From NCBI GenBank assembly GCA_963668315.1, contig OY764216.1, positions 2,496,001 through 2,560,000 of the forward strand: DNA of 64,000 bases. Reading direction: 5' to 3'. Within the stretch, counting starts at the first letter, position 1. Each line of letters opens with the position of its first letter. Below are positions 1-8,294 of the stretch, piece by piece. The notes beneath the pieces were generated by a model that searched no databases, had not been told where the DNA came from, and worked only from the letters and a program-made list of their open reading frames with translations. The position numbers were made by a program, and so were the translations under genes. This stretch comes from Spirochaetia bacterium (GTDB taxonomy: Bacteria; Spirochaetota; Spirochaetia; DSM-2461).

Positions 1-564
1 CAGGAGATGGACGGGAACAGAAAAAACACCCCCGGGCGTTTATTCCTTCCCCTTTTCTATTCGGGAAAGAAGGAGGAGACCCTGCTGAACCTGCTGGGCG
101 AGTACCGGTGGGAACTGCAGAAGAGCATCGCCGGATTTAACTGGACCGATCCCGTGGAGGGGGGAGTGGTGGGTTCCTACTATGACTACATACAGTTCTA
201 TAAGAAAAATCCCCAGATCACACCGGAAGCGAGGAAACGGCTGGAGGAGTTTATCCGCCGGACGAAATCCGACAAGGACCGGTTCTCCCAGGATTATGCC
301 AGCTGGCTGACCCATGAATTTGAAGGGCGGGTTAAACTGAATCCCTACGTCCGGGGAATCTTCTACCGCTACTGTCCCTATCCGAAGGAGATAAGAACCG
401 AGATGGCGGTCAAGCCCCTTTACGCCGAACTGGAGATGAAATTCCAGAATCGAAGGCAGAAGGAAATCCTGCGGGTCAAATCCAAGATGAAGAAGATGGA
501 GCCCAAAATCCCCCGGGAGCTAAAGGACTATTATGAAATTTATCTGGAAGAAAAAGAATCCTGA
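1..564 (+). CDS. C-terminal part of a large conserved protein (5'-truncated by the window); resembles the tail of spirochaete/clostridial cyclic-nucleotide-binding-domain proteins
   Basis: Frame open from base 1. Motifs YRWEL, YYDYIQFYKKN, DRFSQDYASW, LNPYVRGIF recalled from that family. The cNMP domain itself is not in the window. Confidence 0.55.
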   Translation, partial: QEMDGNRKNTPGRLFLPLFYSGKKEETLLNLLGEYRWELQKSIAGFNWTDPVEGGVVGSYYDYIQFYKKNPQITPEARKRLEEFIRRTKSDKDRFSQDYASWLTHEFEGRVKLNPYVRGIFYRYCPYPKEIRTEMAVKPLYAELEMKFQNRRQKEILRVKSKMKKMEPKIPRELKDYYEIYLEEKES

Positions 565-571
565 TCTCTTC

Positions 572-1621
572 CTATAGCACGGTGTACTGAATGATCACGT
601 AGATCAGGTAGAGCAGCAGGAGCCAGGCTCCCTGCCATCGGGGGAAGATCTTACCCTTGTTTCCCGTTATAAACAGCCGGAAGGACCAGAGTACGACGAG
701 CATCATGGGAAAGTGGATCAGGTAAAAGTTCGGCGGTACCGCCAGAGGGCGGGCCGTGGCGGCCGCACCGATGACGAAGAGGCAGTTCAGAACGTCCGCA
801 CCGACGACATTTCCCACGGTTATTTCGGGATGCCCCTTGCGTACGGCGGTAATGGCCGTCATAAGTTCCGGAAGGGAGGTGCCGAAGGCGACCATCGTGG
901 CGGCGATAACATCCTGGGGAACGCCCATGCGCAGAGCCAGCTCGCTGGCGGCGGGAATCAGAAGACGGGCTCCGGTAATCACCATAATAATTCCGCCCAC
1001 GATCATGACCCAGCAGAGCCACATGGGGGCGTCCGTCTCATGGGCGGCCATATCGGTTCCCATCTCCTCCTCCGAATGGTTCCGGGACCAGCGCATATTC
1101 ATATACATGTACACGCCAAGGAGAATGAGAAGCCCAATCCCCATGGGACGGCCGATGAAGCGCCTTTCCGCCGGCAGCAGCAGGAGAAAGGCCGATGAAA
1201 CGGCGAGAAGTGTGGCGGAGCCCACCTGCCACCAGCCGTTGCGGTTGAGGATATAGCGGTTCAGAGGGACCGATGAGATGAGGGCGGTCAGGCCGAAGAT
1301 CAGCCCCGTATCGGCAATGATGGAACCCACCCCGTTTCCCAGGGCCAGGCCGGGATCGCCCTGGAAGGCGGCCAGAACGGAAACGAAGGCCTCGGGCATG
1401 GTCGTTCCCAGGGAGACGATCGTCGCCCCTATGACGACTTTGGGAAGACCGGTCCTCTCGGCCAGATCCACCACGCCGTCGATCATGAAGTCCGCTCCCT
1501 TGGAAAGGAGAAACACTCCCGCCGCGATGATGAGCAGAAGGGTCCAGGTGGGGAAGGCGGTTATCAGCTCCGTCAGAAGTTCTTCATCGGTAAAATACTG
1601 CCAGATTGGGTGGTGTGTCAT
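572..1621 (-). CDS. yrbG: Calcium/sodium (cation) antiporter, CaCA/YrbG family
   Basis: Two alpha-repeats GTTMPE and GTSLPE, followed by GNGVGS and GNVVGA; about 10 TM helices; RBS GGAAGAG. Confidence 0.9.
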   Translation of the reverse strand: MTHHPIWQYFTDEELLTELITAFPTWTLLLIIAAGVFLLSKGADFMIDGVVDLAERTGLPKVVIGATIVSLGTTMPEAFVSVLAAFQGDPGLALGNGVGSIIADTGLIFGLTALISSVPLNRYILNRNGWWQVGSATLLAVSSAFLLLLPAERRFIGRPMGIGLLILLGVYMYMNMRWSRNHSEEEMGTDMAAHETDAPMWLCWVMIVGGIIMVITGARLLIPAASELALRMGVPQDVIAATMVAFGTSLPELMTAITAVRKGHPEITVGNVVGADVLNCLFVIGAAATARPLAVPPNFYLIHFPMMLVVLWSFRLFITGNKGKIFPRWQGAWLLLLYLIYVIIQYTVL

Positions 1622-1630
1622 TTCTCTTCC

Positions 1631-3328
1631 TTATTCGGTGCCCGCCCCTTCCGTGAAGGAGTAGTAAAACCCGCGGCTCCAGGGGCCGGGCCCGTTCTCG
1701 TTTACCGCCCTAATTTTATAGATGTTTCTTTCCCGGTTCAAGGGATGGAGGTCGATAAATTCATTGCTGTTCAGCTGGGAGGCCGCGAAGGACCACTTTT
1801 CTTCCAGAGGGGCCTTTTTGAGGACCTGATAGTAATTGACGTTATCTATTTCGTTCCACCGGATTTTGATGATATCCTCTCCCTCCACTTCGGAGAAGGC
1901 CACTTCGTCAATGCGGGGGAGGGTTTTCTGTTTGTCCCCGCCGGGAGTCTGTTCGTCCGTATCAGCCGGGAGGCTTCCCTTCGGCTGCTTGTTATGGCCG
2001 GCCTCTGCCTTGGCTTCGTTTTCAAGCCGGCGCCTCTCGGCTTCCTTTTCCATGGTCAGGGCGATTGCGGGGTAGCGGGTCAGAATGGAATCCACCATGT
2101 CCTTTGTCAGCATATAGAGGTCGCAGTACTCCACCGCTTTGACCGTGGCCGTCCGGGGGGTACTCAAAAGCAGGGCCATTTCCCCTATGAAGGCGCCGGC
2201 GGTGAGGGTCGCAAGGGTGATGGATTCATCGGCGGAGAGAATCTCCACCCTGCCCGAGGAGATGAAATACATTTCGTAACCCATTTCCCCCGCTTCCATG
2301 ATGTAGTCCCCCGGGGTGAAGATAACCGGTTCCAGATTCAGGATGACCTCCTTGAGAAAGGAATCGGGGGCATGCTCGAAAAGAGGGACCTTCTGGATGA
2401 GTTCCTTGTTCATCTGGAGGGTGATCTGCGTCTTGAGGGAGAGGGGAAGCTCCTCTATGACGGCCGTTTCATTATATCCGCGGCGGCTCTCCCATAAATA
2501 GTCGTAATAGTTATTCACCCGCCTCTGCAGGGGAGCGGGAATGTTTTTGTATTTAAGAAAGGTATTGATTCTCTCCACCTTCTCCTTATGGGATGTTTTG
2601 GCAATATCCATGTTGGCGATAAGGTTGGATATGTTACCGATGATGAAACCGTACATACCGGCTCCCAGGAGCTGGGTGATGATCGTGAAGATGACCTGGG
2701 AGCGGATGGCCAGGTCGGGGGAGATATCGCCGTAGCCGATGGTGGTCAGGGTGGTAATGGTCCAGTAGAAGGCCTGGAGGTAGGTGTCCCCGTTGCTCTG
2801 GCCCGGTTCAATGCCTCCCAGGGCCACCCATCCGCAGGCCACCAGGTGGGAGGCCACGAAGATCCAGAATACCATGAGGATCATGCGTATGACGCTGGGG
2901 TTGATGCCGCTGTTCACTTCGTTCAGCCGCCGGAGGGTGCGGTTCGTGGTGAACAGTTTGAAAAGACGGGTCAGCCGGAAGAGGCGGAACAGCCGGGACA
3001 GCAACAGACCGGAAATCCCGGAGAAAACGAGAGAGAAGGGGAGGGTCGCTATCAGATCCCAGAAAAACCATCCCCTTACGTACCGCCGGGCGATCAGTTT
3101 CCCGTCGGTTATCAGATGCCTCTTTTCCTCATAGGCCGTATGGAAATTCAGATAGATATCTACGGAGAAAAAGATGGTCACGAGGATATCGAATATGACC
3201 ATGGCCGCCGAATCGCCCCGGTTGAACACGACCGACAGGGGCAGGATAAACGTACAGAGCACGGTCAGGAGGAGAATGAACAGTTCCCAGAAAATCTTTT
3301 TTTCCGAATCGGGATTAATCGTTTTCAT
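1631..3328 (-). CDS. Cyclic-nucleotide-gated K+ channel (SthK-like) with C-terminal FN3-like domain
   Basis: 6 TM; S4 RLFRLFRLTRLFK; filter TTIGYGD; C-linker; CNBD GEMAL...PRTATV; tail YKIRAVNENGPGPWS. Confidence 0.92.
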   Translation of the reverse strand: MKTINPDSEKKIFWELFILLLTVLCTFILPLSVVFNRGDSAAMVIFDILVTIFFSVDIYLNFHTAYEEKRHLITDGKLIARRYVRGWFFWDLIATLPFSLVFSGISGLLLSRLFRLFRLTRLFKLFTTNRTLRRLNEVNSGINPSVIRMILMVFWIFVASHLVACGWVALGGIEPGQSNGDTYLQAFYWTITTLTTIGYGDISPDLAIRSQVIFTIITQLLGAGMYGFIIGNISNLIANMDIAKTSHKEKVERINTFLKYKNIPAPLQRRVNNYYDYLWESRRGYNETAVIEELPLSLKTQITLQMNKELIQKVPLFEHAPDSFLKEVILNLEPVIFTPGDYIMEAGEMGYEMYFISSGRVEILSADESITLATLTAGAFIGEMALLLSTPRTATVKAVEYCDLYMLTKDMVDSILTRYPAIALTMEKEAERRRLENEAKAEAGHNKQPKGSLPADTDEQTPGGDKQKTLPRIDEVAFSEVEGEDIIKIRWNEIDNVNYYQVLKKAPLEEKWSFAASQLNSNEFIDLHPLNRERNIYKIRAVNENGPGPWSRGFYYSFTEGAGTE

Positions 3329-3380
3329 AGTTAGTATTATCGATAACTATGGGGTATTTATTAAGAAGAAACGGGAAATC

Positions 3381-4310
3381 TCAGTTCCCTTCGGGAAGGG
3401 GTGCGGCATTCTGGTAGCGGATTCTGGGAAGAGACCCGGGATACTCCCTCTGAAGGAAGGCGATAAGCTTTTCCCTGACGAGAACCCGCAGGTCCCAGGC
3501 GGCGGGAGAGTTCCTGGCGCTGACGAGGATCCGCAGCTCCATGGATTTCTCCGTGGAGTCCGTCACCTGAAGAACGCAGTCCTTCCCGTCCCAGAGGGGG
3601 GTTCCCTCGACAATACTCCTGAGCTCCCGGCGCAGTTCCTCAAGGGGGACTGTATAATCCACATAGAGAAATACCGATCCCAGCAGTTCCGCGTTGTTCC
3701 TCGTCCAGTTCTGAAAGGGGTTCTCAAGAAAATAGTTGGAAGGCAGGATGAGACGTCTCTTGTCCCAGATCCGGACGACCACATAGGTGAGATTGATCTC
3801 TTCAATCCAGCCCCATTCCCCCTCCACCACCACGGCGTCGTCCAGGCGGAAGGGCTGCGTGAAGGCGATCTGTATTCCGGCGAGAAAGGCTCCCACCACC
3901 TTCTGGGCGGATAATCCCAGGATGATTCCCGCCAGTCCGGCTGAAGCGAAAAGGCCTACCCCGATCTGTCTGAGGCTGTCGAAGCTTAATAGAATCATGC
4001 CCATGGTAAGGAGGAAGACAACAAAATTGATCACCTTCTCCATCAGTTTTATCTGGGTATGAACCTTCCGGGATTTCAGGTTGTCCTCCCGGTCCATACT
4101 GAACCGGCTCAAGAGAAGAGCGTCGAAGGAGTGAACCAGAACGAGAATGGCCCAGGCCACGCTGAGGAGGACGAGTATCTGGGTTATCTTTTCCACAGCC
4201 GCCTCGCCGCCTGCGCTGAAAGAGAAGAATCCGATAAGCCAGGGCCTCAGGATAATCAGGATGATGCTGCATGCGAGGGGTGGCACAATCTTCAGAGCGT
4301 TTTTGACCAT
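3381..4310 (-). CDS. mscS: Small-conductance mechanosensitive channel
   Basis: ASAGLAGIILGLSAQ TM3; PFRLDD..GEWGWIEEI; LPSN..F.NWT. Confidence 0.92.
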   Translation of the reverse strand: MVKNALKIVPPLACSIILIILRPWLIGFFSFSAGGEAAVEKITQILVLLSVAWAILVLVHSFDALLLSRFSMDREDNLKSRKVHTQIKLMEKVINFVVFLLTMGMILLSFDSLRQIGVGLFASAGLAGIILGLSAQKVVGAFLAGIQIAFTQPFRLDDAVVVEGEWGWIEEINLTYVVVRIWDKRRLILPSNYFLENPFQNWTRNNAELLGSVFLYVDYTVPLEELRRELRSIVEGTPLWDGKDCVLQVTDSTEKSMELRILVSARNSPAAWDLRVLVREKLIAFLQREYPGSLPRIRYQNAAPLPEGN

Positions 4311-4377
4311 GGGGAATTATAGCCTTTTCCGCCGATTCCATAAAGGGGCGGATGAAGCGCCGGGAAGCGGGATACCG

Positions 4378-4406
4378 TTGCTCAAGTGGGAAAAGGAGAT
4401 TATGAT
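4378..4406 (+). promoter_or_regulatory. sigma70-type promoter of gcvT
   Basis: TTGCTC-N17-TATGAT, 28 nt upstream of the ATG. Confidence 0.6.
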
Positions 4407-4434
4407 AGGGAAAAGCTTGTTTCAGGAGATAGGA

Positions 4435-5541
4435 ATGTCCGATTTAAAGAAAACTCCCTTGAATGGCCTGCATCGGGAAGCGGGAGCAAAAATGATAGAT
4501 TTTGGCGGATGGGATATGCCCGTCCAGTATTCAGGCCTGGTCGAGGAACATAACGCCGTCCGGGAGAAGGCTGGTCTATTTGATGTTTCCCATATGGGCG
4601 AGTGCCGCATTACCGGACCTGAAAGCGGGAAGGCTGTGAACTATCTCATTACCAATGATTCCTCATCCATGGAGGACGGGCAGATCCTATATTCCCCCAT
4701 GTGCAATGAAAAGGGCGGCACCGTGGACGATCTGATCGTCTACCGCTTCGGAGCGGAGGATTTTCTCCTGATTATCAATGCCTCCAATACGGATAAGGAT
4801 GTCGCCTGGATCACGGACCATACGGCCGGTTTTGAGGTGACCGTGACGAATGAATCATCCCGATGGGGACAATTGGCCCTACAGGGACCGGAAGCCCAGC
4901 TCATCCTGGCCGGTCTCGTCGATTTTGATCCTTCGGAAATCGGCTTCTTCCATTTCGTTCAGACCGGTCTGAACGGCTGTGATGCGGTCATTTCCCGGTC
5001 CGGATATACCGGCGAGGACGGCTTTGAGATCTACTGTCCCGCCGAATCCACCGCCGGATTATGGACTCTCCTGATGGAGGCCGGCTCCACACGGGGGCTC
5101 CTCCCCTGCGGTCTGGGGGCCCGGGACACCCTGCGCTTCGAGGCGGCTCTTCCTTTGTACGGTAACGAACTGGGCGACGATATCTCCCCGCTGGAAGCGG
5201 GACTGGGAATCTTCGTCAAACTTGAGGGGGACGATTTTATCGGAAAAGACGCCCTGGCAAGGCAGAAAACCGAAGGTCTCAAGAGAAAGATTGTCGGCTT
5301 TGAGATGACCGGCAAGGGCATTCCCCGTCACGGTTATCCCGTTTTTGACTCGGACGAGAGGGAGATCGGTGTGGTTACTACCGGCTATGCGGCGCCCACG
5401 GTAGGGAAGACCGTGGGACTGGCCCTGATCGATATCTCATCAGCCGCTCAGGGATCGGAAATCCTGATCGGAATTCGAAAGAAGCGGGTTTCCGCTGTGG
5501 TTTGTAAGAAGCGGTTCTACACGAAGAAGTATAAGAAGTAG
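4435..5541 (+). CDS. gcvT: Glycine cleavage system T protein (aminomethyltransferase)
   Basis: [48 protein letters not shown]. Start set at ATG 4435 after AGGAG. Confidence 0.96.
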   Translation: MSDLKKTPLNGLHREAGAKMIDFGGWDMPVQYSGLVEEHNAVREKAGLFDVSHMGECRITGPESGKAVNYLITNDSSSMEDGQILYSPMCNEKGGTVDDLIVYRFGAEDFLLIINASNTDKDVAWITDHTAGFEVTVTNESSRWGQLALQGPEAQLILAGLVDFDPSEIGFFHFVQTGLNGCDAVISRSGYTGEDGFEIYCPAESTAGLWTLLMEAGSTRGLLPCGLGARDTLRFEAALPLYGNELGDDISPLEAGLGIFVKLEGDDFIGKDALARQKTEGLKRKIVGFEMTGKGIPRHGYPVFDSDEREIGVVTTGYAAPTVGKTVGLALIDISSAAQGSEILIGIRKKRVSAVVCKKRFYTKKYKK

Positions 5542-5577
5542 AAAGACGAAGGGGCCAAGCCGGAGGAGAGGGAAGGA

Positions 5578-6225
5578 GTGATAAAAGCTGTCCTATGGGA
5601 TATTGATGGAGTTCTTATCAGGCAGGATACCTATTTTGATGCTAAGCTTGAAGAAGAAAATTATACAAATCCCACGGAAATTTTAAGAGGATTTAGAACA
5701 ACCGATATCAATCTCAAATGTGATCAGGGAGTATTGGATCCCCTGGAGGAGATCATCCCCTTCCTGGGCAGGATCGGATGGACCAGATCAAATAAAGAAT
5801 ATTTCAATGCTCAGTATGAGTTTGAAAGTAATTATATTGATTATTCACTGATCGAAGAGATTCAAAATCTGAGAGAGAAAGGTTACAAATGCTTTATCGC
5901 CTCTAACCAGAATTATTATAGAAAAGATTTTTTACTTTCCCGGTTGAATATTCAAGATAATTTCGACGGGTTCTTTTTTTCCTATGATGCGAAAGCTCTG
6001 AAAACCGAATCCAGATATTGGGATATTCTAATTAAGGATATTCAGCAGCAGGAGAATATCCGCCCTGAAGATATGCTTTTTCTGGATGATATGAGGATAA
6101 ATCTGGATAAAGCGTCTCATTTCGGTATTCATACTTGGGAAATAAAGTCATCCGCTGATATAAATTACTGTGTGGAAAAATTATTAACTCAAAAAGAGAT
6201 GTCCCCTGCCGGTTGGTTTGATTGA
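5578..6225 (+). CDS. HAD-superfamily hydrolase (AT-rich gene)
   Basis: Motif I WDIDGVL, motif II ASNQ, motif IV FLDD; GTG start after GGAGGAG/AAGGA. Confidence 0.85.
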   Translation: MIKAVLWDIDGVLIRQDTYFDAKLEEENYTNPTEILRGFRTTDINLKCDQGVLDPLEEIIPFLGRIGWTRSNKEYFNAQYEFESNYIDYSLIEEIQNLREKGYKCFIASNQNYYRKDFLLSRLNIQDNFDGFFFSYDAKALKTESRYWDILIKDIQQQENIRPEDMLFLDDMRINLDKASHFGIHTWEIKSSADINYCVEKLLTQKEMSPAGWFD

Positions 6226-6244
6226 TCTGAATGATAATGGCTGT

Positions 6245-6343
6245 AAATCTCCATCCGGTAGGAAATAAGCAGATGGGGATTTTAAGGGGAAAACAATATA
6301 ATTCCATCCGACGTTTCTCCATCATATTTCATGATGGAGATTT
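6245..6343. repeat. Nested inverted repeats between convergent genes (possible terminator region)
   Basis: AAATCTCCATC (6245-6255) pairs with GATGGGGATTT (6272-6282) or GATGGAGATTT (6333-6343). Perfect hairpin TCTCCATCAT-atttc-ATGATGGAGA at 6316-6340. Confidence 0.55.
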
Positions 6344-6427
6344 CTGGGAGACTGTTTATTATCAATAGCCATCAGAGGAGAGGTCGTCGGCTGGTATGAT
6401 GCCGATCCTACCCCTTGCCCCTTCGTA

Positions 6428-7291
6428 TCAGTTTTTAAGCCCCGTCATGACAATTCCCTCCACGAAATATTTCTGTCCTATCAGGTAGAACACAACACCC
6501 GGAACGAAGGACATGCAGGTGGCACACATAATTTTGGACCAGTCCGCTTTGAGGGAACCCTTGAACTGGGATAATCCCAGGGCTATGGTAAAATTTTCCG
6601 CTCTGTTTATATAGATAATCTGCTGGAGAAGATCGTTCCAGAGCATGATAAACAGCAGCAGGGCGATAACGATCATGGCAGCCTTGATGGCGGGCATGAT
6701 GATGGTGAAGAGGATGCGGAGGGGGCCCGCCCCGTCGATGGTCGCCGCCTCGTCCAGTTCGCGGGGAATTGTTTTGATAAACTGCCGGATAAGGAAAATG
6801 TTGAACGCGCCTCCCCCGCAGAAATGGGGCAGAATCAGCGGCCAGTAGGTATCGTAAAGCCTGAGTCCCCGGGTCCACATAATGTACAGGGGGACCAGCG
6901 TCACCATGGTGGGCAGCAGCATGGATCCCACGCACAGGGTGAAGAGTATCTTCTTGAAGGGAAAATTCAGCCGGGCGAAGGCATAGCCTCCCAGCGTGGC
7001 TGTGAATGTTCCCCCCAGCACAGCGGGAACGATGATTTTCATGGTATTGAGGAAGTATTTTCCGAAGGGGAAGTTATCCAGGGTCGCCGGATAGTTGGAG
7101 AAGCGCCACTTTCCGGGAAGGAAGGCCGGCGGATAGGCATAGAGCTCCGCATTGGTCATCAGGCTGGAACGGAACATCCACCATATGGGCAGGATGACCA
7201 GAAATGCCAGAAGGGAGAGAATCAGGGCCGTGAGGCCTGAGGAGAGATGTTCCCTGCGGATCAGGGAGGGTAAGGTTCTGCCGTGCATCAT
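6428..7291 (-). CDS. Carbohydrate ABC transporter permease (MalG-like)
   Basis: EAA motif IPRELDEAATIDGAG; 6 TM; QKYFVEGI tail. Confidence 0.93.
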   Translation of the reverse strand: MMHGRTLPSLIRREHLSSGLTALILSLLAFLVILPIWWMFRSSLMTNAELYAYPPAFLPGKWRFSNYPATLDNFPFGKYFLNTMKIIVPAVLGGTFTATLGGYAFARLNFPFKKILFTLCVGSMLLPTMVTLVPLYIMWTRGLRLYDTYWPLILPHFCGGGAFNIFLIRQFIKTIPRELDEAATIDGAGPLRILFTIIMPAIKAAMIVIALLLFIMLWNDLLQQIIYINRAENFTIALGLSQFKGSLKADWSKIMCATCMSFVPGVVFYLIGQKYFVEGIVMTGLKN

Positions 7292-8211
7292 TAGTCATCT
7301 CCTTCATAGAAAATCCAGCTTTTGCTGGTGGCGAAAAGCAGCAGGGTGAAGGCCGCGATTATCACAAAGAATACCGTGGAAAGGGCGCAGGCGTATCCGA
7401 GGCGGTTGCTTATGAAGGCATAGCGGTACATCAGGAATGTCAGAAAGGTGGAAGACGTTCCCGGCCCGCCGTTGGTCAGGGCCAGGGCGGGGGTCACGAT
7501 CTGCATATTCGTTATCAGCGCCATCAGCAGATTGTAGAAGATAATGGGCGTCATACAGGGCAGGGTAATATGGATAAGACGCTGCCAGGTGTTGGCCCCG
7601 TCGATCTCGGCCGCTTCATGATAGGTCCTGGGGACGTTTTGAAGTCCCGCCAGGAAAATGACGATAAGGTTCCCCGAAAGCCAGACGGCTATGAGCGCCA
7701 GGGACGGGAGAACCAGTTTCGGATCGGCAATGAAACTGACTTTATTCATCCCCAGGAGTGTCAGGAAATAGTTGAACAGGCCGAAATTCGCCTCGTACAG
7801 CCAGGACCAGCCGATATATACCGCCATGGCCGGAAGGACATAGGGCAGATAGAATACGGCCCTGAAAAATCCCCGGGCCGGCACTTTCCTGTTCAGGAGC
7901 ATGGCGATAAAGAGAGAATAGATCAGACTGCCTATGACGGCAATAATGGAAAAATACACCGTAATCACTACGGAATCTTTGAAATAGGGATCAAAGGTAA
8001 ACAGACGGATGTAGTTCTCAATTCCCGTAAACCGGGGTGTCGGCGCCCCTTTTCCCCATTTGAAGAGACTCAGGATAAACACGCTGATCAGGGGCAGGTA
8101 GGTTATGAAAATCAGACCTATCAGCGAAGGAAAAAGGCAGATGAAGGCGGCTCTGCGCTCCTGCCTTATCATGCTGTCTCTGGATTGGATTCCCCTGGGG
8201 GAAAATAACAT
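7291..8211 (-). CDS. Carbohydrate ABC transporter permease (MalF-like)
   Basis: FLAGLQNVP..HEAAEIDGA; GYACA motif; 1-nt overlap with the downstream permease. Confidence 0.93.
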   Translation of the reverse strand: MLFSPRGIQSRDSMIRQERRAAFICLFPSLIGLIFITYLPLISVFILSLFKWGKGAPTPRFTGIENYIRLFTFDPYFKDSVVITVYFSIIAVIGSLIYSLFIAMLLNRKVPARGFFRAVFYLPYVLPAMAVYIGWSWLYEANFGLFNYFLTLLGMNKVSFIADPKLVLPSLALIAVWLSGNLIVIFLAGLQNVPRTYHEAAEIDGANTWQRLIHITLPCMTPIIFYNLLMALITNMQIVTPALALTNGGPGTSSTFLTFLMYRYAFISNRLGYACALSTVFFVIIAAFTLLLFATSKSWIFYEGDD

Positions 8212-8235
8212 GGAAAACCTCCCGTTTGTATACTT

Positions 8236-8274
8236 GACCGGGGAGAGCGGAAAGCCGTCCCCGGTCTTTTTTTT
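8236..8274. terminator. Intercistronic stem-loop after the substrate-binding gene; T-tract lies on the + (antisense) strand
   Basis: GACCGGGGA...TCCCCGGTC stem (8236-8266) followed by T8 on the + strand. Confidence 0.6.
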
Positions 8275-8294
8275 AGATAGTCAGGTTCTTAAGA

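Noticed and set aside
4311..4434. Glycine riboswitch upstream of gcvT (a TTTCAGG is present)
   Set aside because: No GGAGA...CCGAAG core, and the predicted promoter leaves only a ~20-nt leader.
4147..4434. Upstream extensions of track ORFs for gcvT, gcvH, the RsbT-like kinase, murF, ftsQ, ftsZ and dprA
   Set aside because: The extensions overlap neighbouring genes or promoters; downstream starts with RBS match the family N-termini.
6226..6427. Integron attC site after the AT-rich HAD gene
   Set aside because: No RYYYAAC...GTTRRRY boundaries and no integron integrase nearby.
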